64,000 nt of DNA from Tagaea sp. (lineage in GTDB: Bacteria > Pseudomonadota > Alphaproteobacteria > CACIAM-22H2), in NCBI GenBank assembly GCA_965279525.1, contig CBDIIB010000005.1, positions 352,001 through 416,000 of the forward strand. Direction: 5' to 3'. The position numbers and the translations under genes were made by a program. Of this stretch, positions 30,017 through 40,872 are shown one piece after another (the first letter of the stretch is position 1; the number at the start of each line of letters is the position of its first letter). Below the pieces are notes generated by a model, which was given only the letters and a program-made list of their open reading frames with translations, made no database searches and was not told where the DNA came from.

Positions 30017-30918
30017 GCGATGTTGCGCGAGAACCAGACTTCCAGGCGCTTCCAGCCGTCCTTGGCGGGACCGTCGCGATAGGTCGGGCGGTAGTCGGCG
30101 TGGAAGGCGTGCGGCGTGTCGGGATAGAGCACGATTTCGGAGTTCTTGCCGGCCGCACGCAGGGCGTCGCGCATGCGCTCCACGCCATCGTTCGGGATGC
30201 CGGCATCGGCACCGCCGTAGAGGCCGAGAACCGGCGCGTTGATGCGAGCGACGAGCTGGATCGGATGCTGCGGACGCATCGCGTTGTTCTCGCCGACGAG
30301 CGGCCCGTACCACGCCACCCCGGCCTTCACGCCCGGATTGTGCGCCGCATAGAGCCATGTCACGCGGCCGCCGAAGCAGAAGCCCGTGATGCCGAGCTTG
30401 CGGGTGTCGCCCTGGGCAACCCTGCCGCCGGCCCATTTCACCGTCGAATCGATGTCGGACATGATCTGCGCGTCCGACACCTTCGAGATGACCTCGCGGA
30501 TGATCGTCGCGTTGTCCGGCAGCTTCGACGGATCGCCCTGGCGGAAATAATAGCCGGGCGCGATGGCGAGGTAGCCGATCTTCGCGAGGCGGCGGCACAC
30601 GTCCTTGATGTGCTCGTGCACGCCGAAGATTTCCTGCGCCACGATGACGGTCGCGAAATTCTTTCCGTCCCTCGGGCGCGCGTAATAGACCTCCATGCGC
30701 TTGCCGTCGGCGGTCGGGATCATGGCTGTCCCGGCGGTGAGGCCGTTGGTGTCGGTCGTGATGATCGTCTGGGCGGTCACCGGGTGGGCTGCAAGCGCGA
30801 AGCCCGTGGCGATGCCGGCTCCGGCGAGGAAACCGCGACGGCCGACCGGAAGGGCGGCCGGTTCGAGCGACGTCTTCTGGGAATCGAGCAGATCGGGTGT
30901 CCGGATATCGTCGGGCAT
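30013..30918 (-). CDS. Dienelactone hydrolase family protein (Tat-exported)
   Basis: RRGFL, EIFGV, GFCFGG, WYG and HAF.ADYRP.Y. Confidence 0.92.
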   Translation of the reverse strand: MPDDIRTPDLLDSQKTSLEPAALPVGRRGFLAGAGIATGFALAAHPVTAQTIITTDTNGLTAGTAMIPTADGKRMEVYYARPRDGKNFATVIVAQEIFGVHEHIKDVCRRLAKIGYLAIAPGYYFRQGDPSKLPDNATIIREVISKVSDAQIMSDIDSTVKWAGGRVAQGDTRKLGITGFCFGGRVTWLYAAHNPGVKAGVAWYGPLVGENNAMRPQHPIQLVARINAPVLGLYGGADAGIPNDGVERMRDALRAAGKNSEIVLYPDTPHAFHADYRPTYRDGPAKDGWKRLEVWFSRNIA

Positions 30919-30943
30919 GGGCGCTCCTCGGAAGCTTCTGGGG

Positions 30944-32560
30944 TTATCGGTTCACTATACGGCCGTCGGTGGCGATGCGCACCGGGCTGTTGGCGCGGAT
31001 GTAGCTGGCGAGCGCGTCGTCGAGACCCGGACCGAAATCGTAGGGATCGACCGCACGGTCGCGGAACACCACATAGCCGTCGCCGCCCTTGCGCATGAAG
31101 TCGTTCGTCGCGACCGTATATAGGGCGTCCGGATCGACGGGCAAGAAGCTGCCGTCGGGGCGGCGCACTTCGAGCGAGATCACGCGGCTGCCGACCGGGC
31201 GCGACAGCGCCCACGTCAGGCGCGCACCGGCGAGCTGCGGGAAGCGCCCGCCATTCTCGGCGACCTGCGACAGGCCGTTCTCCAGTGCGGCAACCAGATC
31301 GCGGCCGCGCAGCTTCAGCGTGGCGATGTTGTTCTGGAAAGGCAGCGTCGTCAGCACGTTACCCAGCGTGATCGGACCTTCCGCGATGCCGGCGCGCAGG
31401 CCGCCGCCGTTCTGCACGGCGATGGTGGTGCCGGCCGCGCGCGTGGCGACGAGCATCGCCTCGGCGACGAGATTGCCCAGCGCGCACTCGCGCGCCCGGC
31501 AACCATCCAGCGAATAGGTTACGGCACCCGACCCGACCGGCTGGTTGCGGACCTGGATCAGCGGCGCGTCGAGCCGGTCGACCGCCGCCTGGATGACGGC
31601 GTTGGGCACGATCGACTGGACGACCGGGATCGTGTTGCCGGCGGCCGAAACCACATTGCCGGCCGCGTCGAAATCGACGTCGATGCGCCCGATGTGGCGC
31701 GAGAACGAGCCCGCCTGCACGATCGGCACGTCGCGCCCCGTGGGCCCCTTGACGACGACCGGATACGGCGCCTCGGCACCCTGGATGCCGTTGCCCAGCA
31801 GCGTGTGCGAATGACCGCCGACGATCACGTCGATGCCGTCGATCTTCTCGGCAAGCTGGCGGTCGCGCGACAGGCCCATGTGCCCGACGACGACGACGTG
31901 GCTGACGCCCTGCGAACGCAGCTTCGCGATCAGGGCCGGCAGCACCGTCTCGGCCAGCACGAACTTCAGGCGCGAGCCGGGCGACGAGATCTCGGGCGTG
32001 TCTTCGGTCGTGGCGCCGATGATGCCGATCTTCACGCCCGCACGCTCGACGACGATGTGGTCGCGGAACATGCCGCGGATCGTCGGCTCGTCCGACGCGT
32101 CGACATTGGCCGACAGGACCGGGAATTTCGCACCCGACAGATAGCGCGCGAGGTTTGCCGGGCCGTCGTCGAACTCGTGGTTGCCGATCGCCATCGCGTC
32201 GTAGCCGATCAGGTTGGCCATCTCGAGTTCGGCCATTCCCTTGTAGTGGGAATAGAACAGCGAGCCCTGGAACTCGTCGCCGGCGTTGAGCACCAGCACC
32301 TGCCGGCCGGCGGCGAGCGCTTCGCGCTTCTGCGCCTCGAACAGGGATGCGATGCGTGCCACGCCGCCGAAGCAGCGGTTCTGCGTCGCTTCCTGCGCCG
32401 AGCAGTTCGAGCCCTGCGCGTTGACCATCTGCAGGCGCGAATGCACGTCGTTGGAGTGCAGGATCGTCAGCTTCAGCGGTGCGGGGGGTGTCGTCGTGCA
32501 GGCGGCGAGCAGCGCCAGGGAAGCGGCGGCGAACAGGCGGAGGGGGCGGAAACTCTTCAT
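30944..32560 (-). CDS. Bifunctional metallophosphatase/5'-nucleotidase lipoprotein
   Basis: Lipobox LAAC, HSNDVH, AGDEFQGS, GNHEFD, GGHSH and NGGGLR. Confidence 0.92.
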   Translation of the reverse strand: MKSFRPLRLFAAASLALLAACTTTPPAPLKLTILHSNDVHSRLQMVNAQGSNCSAQEATQNRCFGGVARIASLFEAQKREALAAGRQVLVLNAGDEFQGSLFYSHYKGMAELEMANLIGYDAMAIGNHEFDDGPANLARYLSGAKFPVLSANVDASDEPTIRGMFRDHIVVERAGVKIGIIGATTEDTPEISSPGSRLKFVLAETVLPALIAKLRSQGVSHVVVVGHMGLSRDRQLAEKIDGIDVIVGGHSHTLLGNGIQGAEAPYPVVVKGPTGRDVPIVQAGSFSRHIGRIDVDFDAAGNVVSAAGNTIPVVQSIVPNAVIQAAVDRLDAPLIQVRNQPVGSGAVTYSLDGCRARECALGNLVAEAMLVATRAAGTTIAVQNGGGLRAGIAEGPITLGNVLTTLPFQNNIATLKLRGRDLVAALENGLSQVAENGGRFPQLAGARLTWALSRPVGSRVISLEVRRPDGSFLPVDPDALYTVATNDFMRKGGDGYVVFRDRAVDPYDFGPGLDDALASYIRANSPVRIATDGRIVNR

Positions 32561-32591
32561 CGCGGGACTCCGTTATGTGAAACCGTTCAGA

Positions 32592-34454
32592 TCAGGCGCG
32601 CCGGCGGGCACCCTTGGGCGCAGTGTCTTCCTCGAAGAGTTCGGCAAGCTTCTCCATCACCGTGCCGCCGAGCTGCTCGGCATCGACGATGGTGACGGCG
32701 CGCCGGTAATAGCGCGTCACGTCGTGGCCGATGCCGATGGCCAGCAGCTCGACCGGCGAGCGCGTCTCGATGTACTCGATCGACTCGCGCAAGTGGCGCT
32801 CCAGATAGTTGCCGGGATTGACCGACAGCGTCGAATCGTCGACGGGTGCCCCGTCGGAGATGACCATCAGGATCTTGCGCTGCTCGGTGCGCGCGATCAG
32901 GCGCGAATGCGCCCACATCAAGGCCTCGCCGTCGATGTTCTCTTTCAGCAGGCCCTCGCGCAGCATCAGGCCCAGCGACTTGCGCGCCCGGCGCCAGGGC
33001 GCATCGGCACCCTTGTAGACGATGTGGCGCAGGTCGTTGAGACGGCCGGGGTTGGCGGGCTTGCCGGCGGCAAGCCAGCGCTCGCGGCTCTGCCCGCCCT
33101 TCCAGGCGCGCGTCGTGAAACCGAGGATCTCGACCTTGACCGCGCAGCGCTCGAGCGTGCGCGCGAGGATGTCGGCCGACATCGCGGCGACCGTGATCGG
33201 CCGGCCGCGCATCGAGCCCGAATTGTCGATCAGCAGCGAAACGACCGTATCGCGGAACTTGGTGTCGAGCTCGCGCTTGTAGGAAAGCGGGAAGGCCGGG
33301 TTGGCGACGACACGCGCGAGGCGCGCGGCATCGAGGGTGCCTTCTTCGAGATCGAACTCCCACGCGCGGTTCTGGCGCGCCAGCAGGCGGCGCTGCAGCC
33401 GGTTGGCAAGGCGCGCGATGACGCCCGTGAGATGGCTGAGCTGCTGGTCGAGATGGGCGCGCAGGCGCGTGAGCTCGTCGGCATCGCAAAGCGCGTCGGC
33501 ATCGACGGTCTCGTCGAATTCGGACGTGTAGGCGCGGTACATCGGCGCGTCGGCCGAGTTGCGCATGTCGTTTGGCGGGCGCCAGCGCTTGCCCGGACGT
33601 TCCGGGCCGTCCTCGCCCATGCCGTCGGAATCCTCGCCCTCGCGTTCCTCGCCCTCGCCTTCGCCGCCGTCTTCACCGGCGGCGTCGCGCGTCTCGGAAC
33701 CCATCATCGCTTCGGAGTCCGACTGGTCGCCCGAATCCTCGGCCTCGCCCGACTTCTGGCCTTCCTCGTCGTTCTCGCCGTCGCTGTCCTGGTCCTCGGA
33801 CTCGGTGGCCTGGCCTTCTTCCTCGCCAAGCTCCAGATCCGCGATCAGCTTGCGCGCGACTTCGGCGAAGGCGGCCTGGTCGTCGAGCGAACGGGAAAGC
33901 TGCGTCAAATCCTGGCCCGCCTTGCCCTCGATCCACGGGCGCCACAGATCGACCATGCGGCGGGCCGATTCCGGCGGCATCTGGCCGGTGAAGGTCTCGC
34001 GCGCGAGCAGCGCCACCGCCTCGACGATGGGGGCCGCCTCGCGGTCGGCGATGCGCGAATAGCCCGCCTGCCGGCAGCGTTCTTCGAGGGCGGCGGAAAG
34101 ATTGCCCGCCACGCCCGACATCAGGTTGGAGCCGAGCGCTTCGCAGCGCGCCTGCTCGACCGCGTCGTAGATCGCCCGGCCCATCGTGCCGGTGGGTGAG
34201 CGCTTCGCGTGCACGCCCGCGTCGTGGTGCCGGATCTTGAGCGCGATCGAATCCGCCTCGCCGCGCACGATGGCCACTTCGCCCGCCGGCAGGTCGCGCG
34301 AAGGCACGGGCAGGCGCGCCTCGTTGCCGCGCAGGCCGGGTTGTTCGGGCACGAAGGCGACCGAAAGCTCGACCTCGCGCGCGACCGCGCGCATCGCCGC
34401 GGCCGTGACCTGGCGGAACTGCTCGACCGGACCGTCGTTGTTGCGCGGCGGCAT
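32592..34454 (-). CDS. cobT: CobT (vWA-domain subunit)
   Basis: [32 protein letters not shown] and ISDGAPVDD. Confidence 0.94.
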   Translation of the reverse strand: MPPRNNDGPVEQFRQVTAAAMRAVAREVELSVAFVPEQPGLRGNEARLPVPSRDLPAGEVAIVRGEADSIALKIRHHDAGVHAKRSPTGTMGRAIYDAVEQARCEALGSNLMSGVAGNLSAALEERCRQAGYSRIADREAAPIVEAVALLARETFTGQMPPESARRMVDLWRPWIEGKAGQDLTQLSRSLDDQAAFAEVARKLIADLELGEEEGQATESEDQDSDGENDEEGQKSGEAEDSGDQSDSEAMMGSETRDAAGEDGGEGEGEEREGEDSDGMGEDGPERPGKRWRPPNDMRNSADAPMYRAYTSEFDETVDADALCDADELTRLRAHLDQQLSHLTGVIARLANRLQRRLLARQNRAWEFDLEEGTLDAARLARVVANPAFPLSYKRELDTKFRDTVVSLLIDNSGSMRGRPITVAAMSADILARTLERCAVKVEILGFTTRAWKGGQSRERWLAAGKPANPGRLNDLRHIVYKGADAPWRRARKSLGLMLREGLLKENIDGEALMWAHSRLIARTEQRKILMVISDGAPVDDSTLSVNPGNYLERHLRESIEYIETRSPVELLAIGIGHDVTRYYRRAVTIVDAEQLGGTVMEKLAELFEEDTAPKGARRRA

Positions 34455-34461
34455 GGGCCGG

Positions 34462-35466
34462 TCAGCCCGCCTTGCGCACGCTCAGGTTGGCACCGCCCTG
34501 CAACTCGGTGCCGAAGCAGCGCTGGTAGTATTCGGCGACCGTCGTGCGCTCGACCTCGTCGCACTTGTTGAGGAATGTGAGGCGGAACGCGAAGCCGACA
34601 TCGCCGAATATCTTGGCGTTCTCGGCCCAGGTCAGCACGGTGCGCGGGCTCATCACCGTCGAGATGTCGCCCGCCATGAAGCCGGCGCGCGTGAGATCGG
34701 CCAACGCGACCATCGCCGAGACGATCTCGCGCCCTTCCTTGGTGTCGTAGCCCGACGCCTTGGCCAGCACGATCTTCGTCTCCTGCTCGTGCGGCAGGTA
34801 GTTGAGCGTCGTGACGACGTTCCAGCGGTCCATCTGGCCCTGGTTGATCTGCTGCGTGCCGTGATAGAGGCCCGTCGTGTCGCCGAGGCCGACCGTATTG
34901 GCTGTCGCAAAGAGCCGGAAAGCCGGGTGCGGATGCAGCACGCGGTTCTGGTCGAGCAGCGTGAGCTTGCCGTCGACTTCCAGCACGCGCTGGATGACGA
35001 ACATCACGTCGGCGCGGCCGGCGTCGTATTCGTCGAACACGAGCGCGCAGGGATGCTGGAGCGCCCAGGGCAGCAGCCCCTCGCGGAACTCGGTCACCTG
35101 CTTGCCGTCGCGCACGACGATGGCGTCGCGCCCGACGAGGTCGATGCGGCTGATGTGGCTGTCGAGATTGATGCGGATGCACGGCCAGTTGAGGCGGGCG
35201 GCGACCTGCTCGATATGCGTCGACTTGCCCGTGCCGTGGTAACCCTGGACCATCACGCGCCGGTTGAAGGCGAAGCCTGCGATGATGGCGAGCGTCGTCT
35301 CCTTGTCGAAGCGGTAATTCTCGTCGACGTTGGGGACGTGCTCGGTCGGGGCGACCGAGAAGGCGGGAACCTCGAGATCGGAATCGATGCCGAAGGTCTG
35401 GCGGACCTTCACCTTGATGTCGGGAACGCGCGCGTAATCGGCGGACGCAGTCGTCACTGTGGCCAT
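34462..35466 (-). CDS. cobS: CobS (AAA+ ATPase subunit)
   Basis: [29 protein letters not shown] and ATANT.GLGD. Confidence 0.95.
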   Translation of the reverse strand: MATVTTASADYARVPDIKVKVRQTFGIDSDLEVPAFSVAPTEHVPNVDENYRFDKETTLAIIAGFAFNRRVMVQGYHGTGKSTHIEQVAARLNWPCIRINLDSHISRIDLVGRDAIVVRDGKQVTEFREGLLPWALQHPCALVFDEYDAGRADVMFVIQRVLEVDGKLTLLDQNRVLHPHPAFRLFATANTVGLGDTTGLYHGTQQINQGQMDRWNVVTTLNYLPHEQETKIVLAKASGYDTKEGREIVSAMVALADLTRAGFMAGDISTVMSPRTVLTWAENAKIFGDVGFAFRLTFLNKCDEVERTTVAEYYQRCFGTELQGGANLSVRKAG

Positions 35467-35530
35467 GGTCTGGGAAACTCCGCGATCGGAACGTCGAAAG
35501 GACCGGCGCAGAAACCCGCCGGTCGGGACC

Positions 35531-36154
35531 CTAGGGTCCGGCCGTCGGCTTGGCTTGCTGCGCCTTCAGGAACGTATAAGCCTGATTGATGGATTTTAGA
35601 CGTTCTTCCGCCGCCTTGTCGCCCCCGTTCGCGTCCGGATGATGGCGTTTGACGAGGGACTTGTATCGAGACTTTATCTCGTCGGGACTGGCGGTCCAGT
35701 CGAGCTCCAGCACGGCAAGTGCTTCTTCGACCTGCGTTGCCGGGCGGCGGCGGGGTGGCGGGGCTTCCGTTTTGGCGGACGCGTCGAACCCCGGGATGTC
35801 GGATTGCGCAAACCAGCGGCGCATTGCCTCTTCGATGGCCTCGGCCCCGCCCCGGTTGCGGCCGCGCCTTCCCACGCCCATCGGCCAGGTCGGGCGCCGT
35901 CCGATCACGTCGGCGCGCTTTTCCTGCTCGAGCGCGTCGGCGCCCATGCCCTTGTAGAAATCCCACGACGCGTTGTAGGCGCGCACGTGCGGCAGGCAGA
36001 ACCAATAGAAATCGTTGAGCTTTTTCCGATCGCGCGGAGCGCGGAACTCGCCTGTCGCGGCACAGCCGGGATGGTCGCACCGCTTGGGAGCGGCATGGGG
36101 GTCGACCTGGGGGCGGTCATAGGGACGGGCGCGGACGCGAGCCATGGCATCCAA
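35531..36154 (-). CDS. J-domain protein (cobS-associated)
   Basis: C..PGC...G..RAP...WFCL.HVR.YN motif and a C-terminal J domain with HPD. Start 36145 or 36154. Confidence 0.9.
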   Translation of the reverse strand: MDAMARVRARPYDRPQVDPHAAPKRCDHPGCAATGEFRAPRDRKKLNDFYWFCLPHVRAYNASWDFYKGMGADALEQEKRADVIGRRPTWPMGVGRRGRNRGGAEAIEEAMRRWFAQSDIPGFDASAKTEAPPPRRRPATQVEEALAVLELDWTASPDEIKSRYKSLVKRHHPDANGGDKAAEERLKSINQAYTFLKAQQAKPTAGP

Positions 36155-36354
36155 GTATGGGCGAGGTTCGGGCCCGCGACAACATCCGGCACCGATTCTG
36201 GCAGCCTTTTGAGCCGTCTATCTGTTTACAGAAGTTTTCTAAAATTGTAGATTTATTGTGGACAAGTCGTGCAGTGGCGGGAATCCGTGCAAACCATTAG
36301 GATTGTGGCCCAATCGCGGCAATGGCCGCCTTGCGGGGTTCAGAGGAAGAGGCG

Positions 36355-36741
36355 ATGGCGAGCGAGTACCGTCTGATCTTCTTCGACCAGAACGAGCTGT
36401 GCCGCGCGCTGATCGAATATAACCGCCAGCGCCGCACACCGTTCCCGCCGGGCAATCTCAAGAAGGTCGTCATCGACCGCGACCGGCTCAACGTGACGAT
36501 CCAGATCGACAAGGATTCGGGCGATCTCGACAAGGTGACGTTCGACGCCGCGTCGGTCGCCGCCGCCCTGATCGTCTATTGCCGCGACCGCAAGATCCCG
36601 CTGCCGGCGAAGTCGGCAAAGGAAATGCGCCTCGTCGCCGACCGCCTGTGCTTCCTGATCCGCATCAAGGGCACGCCCGCCGAAGCGTCGATCGCCGTCG
36701 AATACACCGGCAAGATGGTCGCGACGGAAGCAGCGGATTAG
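36355..36741 (+). CDS. Hypothetical protein
   Basis: GAGG RBS and host-like codon usage; contains AAALI.YC...KIPLP. Confidence 0.75.
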   Translation: MASEYRLIFFDQNELCRALIEYNRQRRTPFPPGNLKKVVIDRDRLNVTIQIDKDSGDLDKVTFDAASVAAALIVYCRDRKIPLPAKSAKEMRLVADRLCFLIRIKGTPAEASIAVEYTGKMVATEAAD

Positions 36742-36743
36742 TT

Positions 36744-37610
36744 CTACTGGAAGACGGCTTCCGCCGTCATCGCCTGCGCGCCGTCGGCGCGGCGGACCCA
36801 CAGCACGGCACCCGCGCGCGTCCAGACTTCCGTCGCGTCGCGCACCCACAGCGTCGCCGGATTTTCCGCAGGCTTGCCGCACAGCACGAAGGGTGCGGTG
36901 TCGACGACCGGCGCCTGAGCGCGGAAGGCGAAACGCTTCAAAGGCCGACCGGCCCGCTCGACGGCAAGATCCATCAGCATCGTCGCGAGCATCGGCCCGT
37001 GCACGACGAGGCCTTCGTAGCCTTCGACGTCGCGCGCGTAGGTGCGGTCGTAGTGGATGCGGTGGCCGTTGAACGTCAGCGCCGAATAGCGGAACAGCAG
37101 CGTGGGATCCGGCGTCACGTGGCGCGACCAGTCTTCTCCACCCGGCGCCTGCGGCGGCTTCGGAGCCGGGTGCGACGGATCAGGGTCGGCGCGATAGACG
37201 ATGTCGTGCTCTTCTTCGAGCCGCAGCGCGCCGTCGGCCGAGATCGCGTGGTGCACCGTGACGAACACGAGGGCGCCGGTCTTGCCGTGCTTCTCCTCGA
37301 CCTTCGCGATGCGTGAGGCGCGCGTGGCGATGGCACCCACTGGCAGCGGCGAATGGTAGACGAGCCGCCCGCCCGCCCACATGCGGCGCGGCAGCGCCAC
37401 CGGCGGCAGGAAGCCGCCGCGCTTCGGGTGCCCGTCGCGCCCCAGATCGCGCGCCTTGGCGACCGCGTTGAAAAACGCCCAGTGCCAGCCGGGCGGAACG
37501 TGATCGCCCGGCGGATCGCGGTCGAACGTCGCGGCAAGGGCCGCGATACGTCCCGGCTCGATCGTCTCGCTCGCCGTCTCGGTGCGCCCGATCCAGTCGG
37601 CGAGGTTCAT
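36744..37610 (-). CDS. Itaconyl-CoA/mesaconyl-C4-CoA hydratase-like double hot-dog (MaoC/FAS1) protein
   Basis: WIGR, DGHPKRGGFLPPV.LPRRMWAGG, LFRYSALTFNGHRIHYD and GLVVHGP. ATGA overlap. Confidence 0.85.
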   Translation of the reverse strand: MNLADWIGRTETASETIEPGRIAALAATFDRDPPGDHVPPGWHWAFFNAVAKARDLGRDGHPKRGGFLPPVALPRRMWAGGRLVYHSPLPVGAIATRASRIAKVEEKHGKTGALVFVTVHHAISADGALRLEEEHDIVYRADPDPSHPAPKPPQAPGGEDWSRHVTPDPTLLFRYSALTFNGHRIHYDRTYARDVEGYEGLVVHGPMLATMLMDLAVERAGRPLKRFAFRAQAPVVDTAPFVLCGKPAENPATLWVRDATEVWTRAGAVLWVRRADGAQAMTAEAVFQ

Positions 37611-38722
37611 GCGAATTCCTTGCGGATCGCGGCCGAATGCTGGCCGACCGTCGGCACGGGTCCGAGCGAGGGTGCGCGTTCGCCATCGATGACCGGCGGG
37701 GGTGCGGGAATCGCGACCTTGCCGCCCGGTGTGTCGATCTCGACGCGACGCAGCTGCGGATGCCTGGAAAAGCGCGCAACGTCGTTGAGCTCGCCGAACG
37801 CGATGTTGCCCTTCTTGAGTCGGGCCACCAGTTCCGCGCGCGGGTGCTTGCCGAAGAACGCGGCGATATAGGCGTCGAGAGCGGCGCGGTTCTTCACGCG
37901 CAGGACGTTGGTGGCGAACTCGGGCTTGCCCGGTTCGCCCAGCACATGCGTGCAGAAGCCCGCCCATTCGCGGTCGTTCTGCACCGAGATGACGATCGGG
38001 ATGCCGTCGGCACTGGCGAACGCGCTGTAGGGGGCGACCGACGGATGGGCGAGGCCCACGCGCGCCGGCGCCTTGCCGGCATAGTCGAAATGCAGCAGCG
38101 GGACGGCCATCCAATCGGCCATGCCGTCGAACAGCGAGACCTTGATCGAACGGCCCTCACCGGTGCGTCCGCGCGCGATCAGCGCTTCGAGGATCGCCTG
38201 GTGCGCGTACATGCCCGCCGCGATGTCGCACACCGACACGCCCACGCGCCCCGGCGCATCCGGCCCGCCGGTGATCGAGGCGAGGCCCGTCTCGGCCTGC
38301 ACCAGCATGTCGTAACTCTTCATCGCCGCGTAGGGACCTTCGTCGCCATAGCCCGAGATGTCGACGACGATGAGGCGCGGATATTTCGCGCGCAGATCTT
38401 CTGTGCCGAAGCCCGCACGCGCGGCCGCCCCCGGCATCAGGTTCTGCACGAACACGTCGGCCTTCGCGAGGATACGGTGCATCAGGGTCGCGTCCGCCGG
38501 CTCCTTGATGTCGGCGACGAGCGACTGCTTGCCGCGGTTGAGCCAGACGAAATAGCTCGCCTGCCCCTTGGCCACATCGTCGTAGCCGCGCGCGAAATCG
38601 CCCTCGGGCCGCTCGATCTTGACGACGCGCGCACCGGCATCGGCCAGCCGCGACGTGCAATAGGGGGCCGCGACCGCCTGTTCGAGGGAGAGGACGAGGA
38701 TGCCGTCGAGTGCGCCCGTCAT
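37607..38722 (-). CDS. Family III (CaiB/BaiF) CoA-transferase, itaconate CoA-transferase-like
   Basis: LEQAVAAP, LADAGARVVKIER..GDFARGYD and LNRGK.S. Confidence 0.9.
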   Translation of the reverse strand: MTGALDGILVLSLEQAVAAPYCTSRLADAGARVVKIERPEGDFARGYDDVAKGQASYFVWLNRGKQSLVADIKEPADATLMHRILAKADVFVQNLMPGAAARAGFGTEDLRAKYPRLIVVDISGYGDEGPYAAMKSYDMLVQAETGLASITGGPDAPGRVGVSVCDIAAGMYAHQAILEALIARGRTGEGRSIKVSLFDGMADWMAVPLLHFDYAGKAPARVGLAHPSVAPYSAFASADGIPIVISVQNDREWAGFCTHVLGEPGKPEFATNVLRVKNRAALDAYIAAFFGKHPRAELVARLKKGNIAFGELNDVARFSRHPQLRRVEIDTPGGKVAIPAPPPVIDGERAPSLGPVPTVGQHSAAIRKEFA

Positions 38723-38723
38723 G

Positions 38724-39866
38724 TCAGTACGACCTCGGAAGATCCAGAACGTGCTCGGCAAGATAGGCGAGGATCAGGTTCGTCGAGATCGGGGCGACCT
38801 GATAGAGCCTGGTCTCGCGGAACTTGCGCTCGACGTCGTATTCCTCGGCGAAGCCGAAGCCGCCATGCGTCTGCAGGCACGCCTCGGCGGCCTTCCACGA
38901 CGCGTCGGCCGCCAGCATCTTGGCCATGTTGGCCTGCGGCCCGCACGCCTCGCCCGCCTCGTAGAGATCGAGCGCTTCGCGCACCATCAAGGCTGCCGCC
39001 TGCCCTTCGGCATAGGCGCGCGCGATCGGGAACTGGATGCCCTGGTTCTGGCCGATGGGCCGGCCGAACACGACGCGCTCGCGCGCGTAGTTGCTGGCCT
39101 TCTCGACGAACCAGTTGAGGTCGCCCACGCATTCGGCCGCGATCAGGATGCGCTCGGCATTCATGCCGTCGAGGATGTAGCGGAAGCCCCGCCCCTCCTC
39201 GCCGATGCGGTTTTCCGCCGGCACTTCCAGATCGTCGAAGAACACTTCGGTCGTCGCGTGGTTCATCATCGCGCGCAGCGGCTTGATCGTCAGGCCCTTG
39301 GCCTCGCGCATGTCGACGACGAACACCGAGAGGCCGTCGGTCTTCTTCGCGGTCTTGTCCTTGGGCGTCGTGCGCGCGAGCAGCAGCATCAGGTCGGAAT
39401 GTTCGGCGCGGCTCGTCCACACCTTCTGGCCGTTGATCACATATTTGTCGCCGCGACGTTCGGCGGTCGTGCGGATCGCGGTCGTGTCGGTACCGGCACT
39501 TGGCTCGGTCACGCCGAAGGCCTGCAGGCGCAGATCGCCCGCCGCGATGCCGGGCAGGAAACGCTGTTTCTGTTCGGGGCTGCCGTGGCGCAGGATCGTG
39601 CCCATCGTGTACATCTGCGCGTGGCACGCCCCGCCATTGCAGCCCGACGCGTGGATCTCCTCGAGGATCGCGGCGGCCGCCGAAAGCCCCAGCCCCGACC
39701 CGCCATATTCCTCGGGGATCAGCACGGCAAGCATGCCCGCCTTCGTCAGTTCGTCGACGAACGCCTTGGGATAGGCGCGTTCGCGGTCCAGTGCGCGCCA
39801 GTATTCGCCCGGATATTTCGCGCAGAGCGCCTTGACCGATTCGCGGATCTCCGGGTGGCTCGCCAT
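38724..39866 (-). CDS. Acyl-CoA dehydrogenase (type found in itaconate/methylsuccinate clusters)
   Basis: IPEEYGGSG, CHAQMY, FGVTEP, NGQKVWTSRA, GMNAER and THGGFGFAEEY. Confidence 0.9.
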   Translation of the reverse strand: MASHPEIRESVKALCAKYPGEYWRALDRERAYPKAFVDELTKAGMLAVLIPEEYGGSGLGLSAAAAILEEIHASGCNGGACHAQMYTMGTILRHGSPEQKQRFLPGIAAGDLRLQAFGVTEPSAGTDTTAIRTTAERRGDKYVINGQKVWTSRAEHSDLMLLLARTTPKDKTAKKTDGLSVFVVDMREAKGLTIKPLRAMMNHATTEVFFDDLEVPAENRIGEEGRGFRYILDGMNAERILIAAECVGDLNWFVEKASNYARERVVFGRPIGQNQGIQFPIARAYAEGQAAALMVREALDLYEAGEACGPQANMAKMLAADASWKAAEACLQTHGGFGFAEEYDVERKFRETRLYQVAPISTNLILAYLAEHVLDLPRSY

Positions 39867-39870
39867 GGCG

Positions 39871-40872
39871 CTAGCCCGCCCGTTTGCGCAGGTCGGCAAG
39901 CAGGTCGGCCGGCACCTTGATGCCGCCGGCGGCGGACGCGGCCCGCAGCTTCAGCCGCCGCTCGCCGGGCAGGCGCGTGCCGGATTGCGCGAGGATGGCG
40001 CCCAGCAGCACCTCCAGCCGCGTGGCGAACGCAGGGCCGGCGAAACGCTGGGGATCGATCAGCAGGAAGAACTGGCCCACGCGCGGCGGCCCGCCCTTGG
40101 CGTCGAAGAACGAGCTGGCTTCGTAGCCGAAATTCGATGCGGTGAGTGCGGCCGCGAGGATCTCGACCATCAGCACCAGCGCCGCCCCCTTGGCGTCGCC
40201 CAGCGGGAGCATCGTGCCGGCCATCGCCTTCTTGGGATCGGTCGTCGGATTGCCGTCGGGATCGAGCGCCCAGCCTTCGGGGATCGTCTCGCCTTTCTGG
40301 GCGGCCACCATGATCTTGCCGCGCGCGACCTTCGACAGCGACAGGTCGACGACGAGTGGCGCCTTGCCCGCGCGCGGAGCCGCGAACGCGATGGGGTTGG
40401 TGCCGAACAGTGCCTTCGACCCGCCCCACGGGGCGATGGCCGACGGCGAGTTGCCGAACAGGAGGGCGACCAGCCCTGCCTTCGCCGCCGCCTCGACGTG
40501 ATAGCCGGCCGCCCCGAAATGATGCGAGTTGCCGATCCCGACGCCCACGACACCGGCCGTCTTCGCCATGTCGATGCCCTTCGCGATGCCGGCGGCGATG
40601 GCCGGATAGGCGAACCCGTCCTTCGCGTCGACGAACAGCGCGCCGGGCGCGTTGACGCGCAGCTCGGGCACGGCCGTACCCGCGACCTTGCCGGCCTTGG
40701 CCTGGTCGGCATAGGCGGCGACACGGCTCAGACCGTGGCTGGCGAGCCCGTCGGCTTCCGCCGCGACGAGCGCGTCGGCGACGGCGCCCGCGTTGGCGGG
40801 TACCGTACCGGCGGCGACAAGTGCCTTCAGCACCAGCGCATGCGCGTCGGCCAGCGAAATGGTCTCGCTCAT
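39871..40872 (-). CDS. comC: Ldh_2-family oxidoreductase, (2R)-3-sulfolactate dehydrogenase-like
   Basis: EADGLASHG, NSHHFG, FGTNPIAF and G.AKG.AL. Directly downstream of slcC and in the same cluster as suyAB. Confidence 0.75.
   Translation of the reverse strand: MSETISLADAHALVLKALVAAGTVPANAGAVADALVAAEADGLASHGLSRVAAYADQAKAGKVAGTAVPELRVNAPGALFVDAKDGFAYPAIAAGIAKGIDMAKTAGVVGVGIGNSHHFGAAGYHVEAAAKAGLVALLFGNSPSAIAPWGGSKALFGTNPIAFAAPRAGKAPLVVDLSLSKVARGKIMVAAQKGETIPEGWALDPDGNPTTDPKKAMAGTMLPLGDAKGAALVLMVEILAAALTASNFGYEASSFFDAKGGPPRVGQFFLLIDPQRFAGPAFATRLEVLLGAILAQSGTRLPGERRLKLRAASAAGGIKVPADLLADLRKRAG

Noticed and set aside
32592-35466. Cobalamin biosynthesis cluster
   Set aside because: Only cobS and cobT are present, with no cobN or other cob genes. 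This pair with a J-domain gene is a common alphaproteobacterial arrangement.
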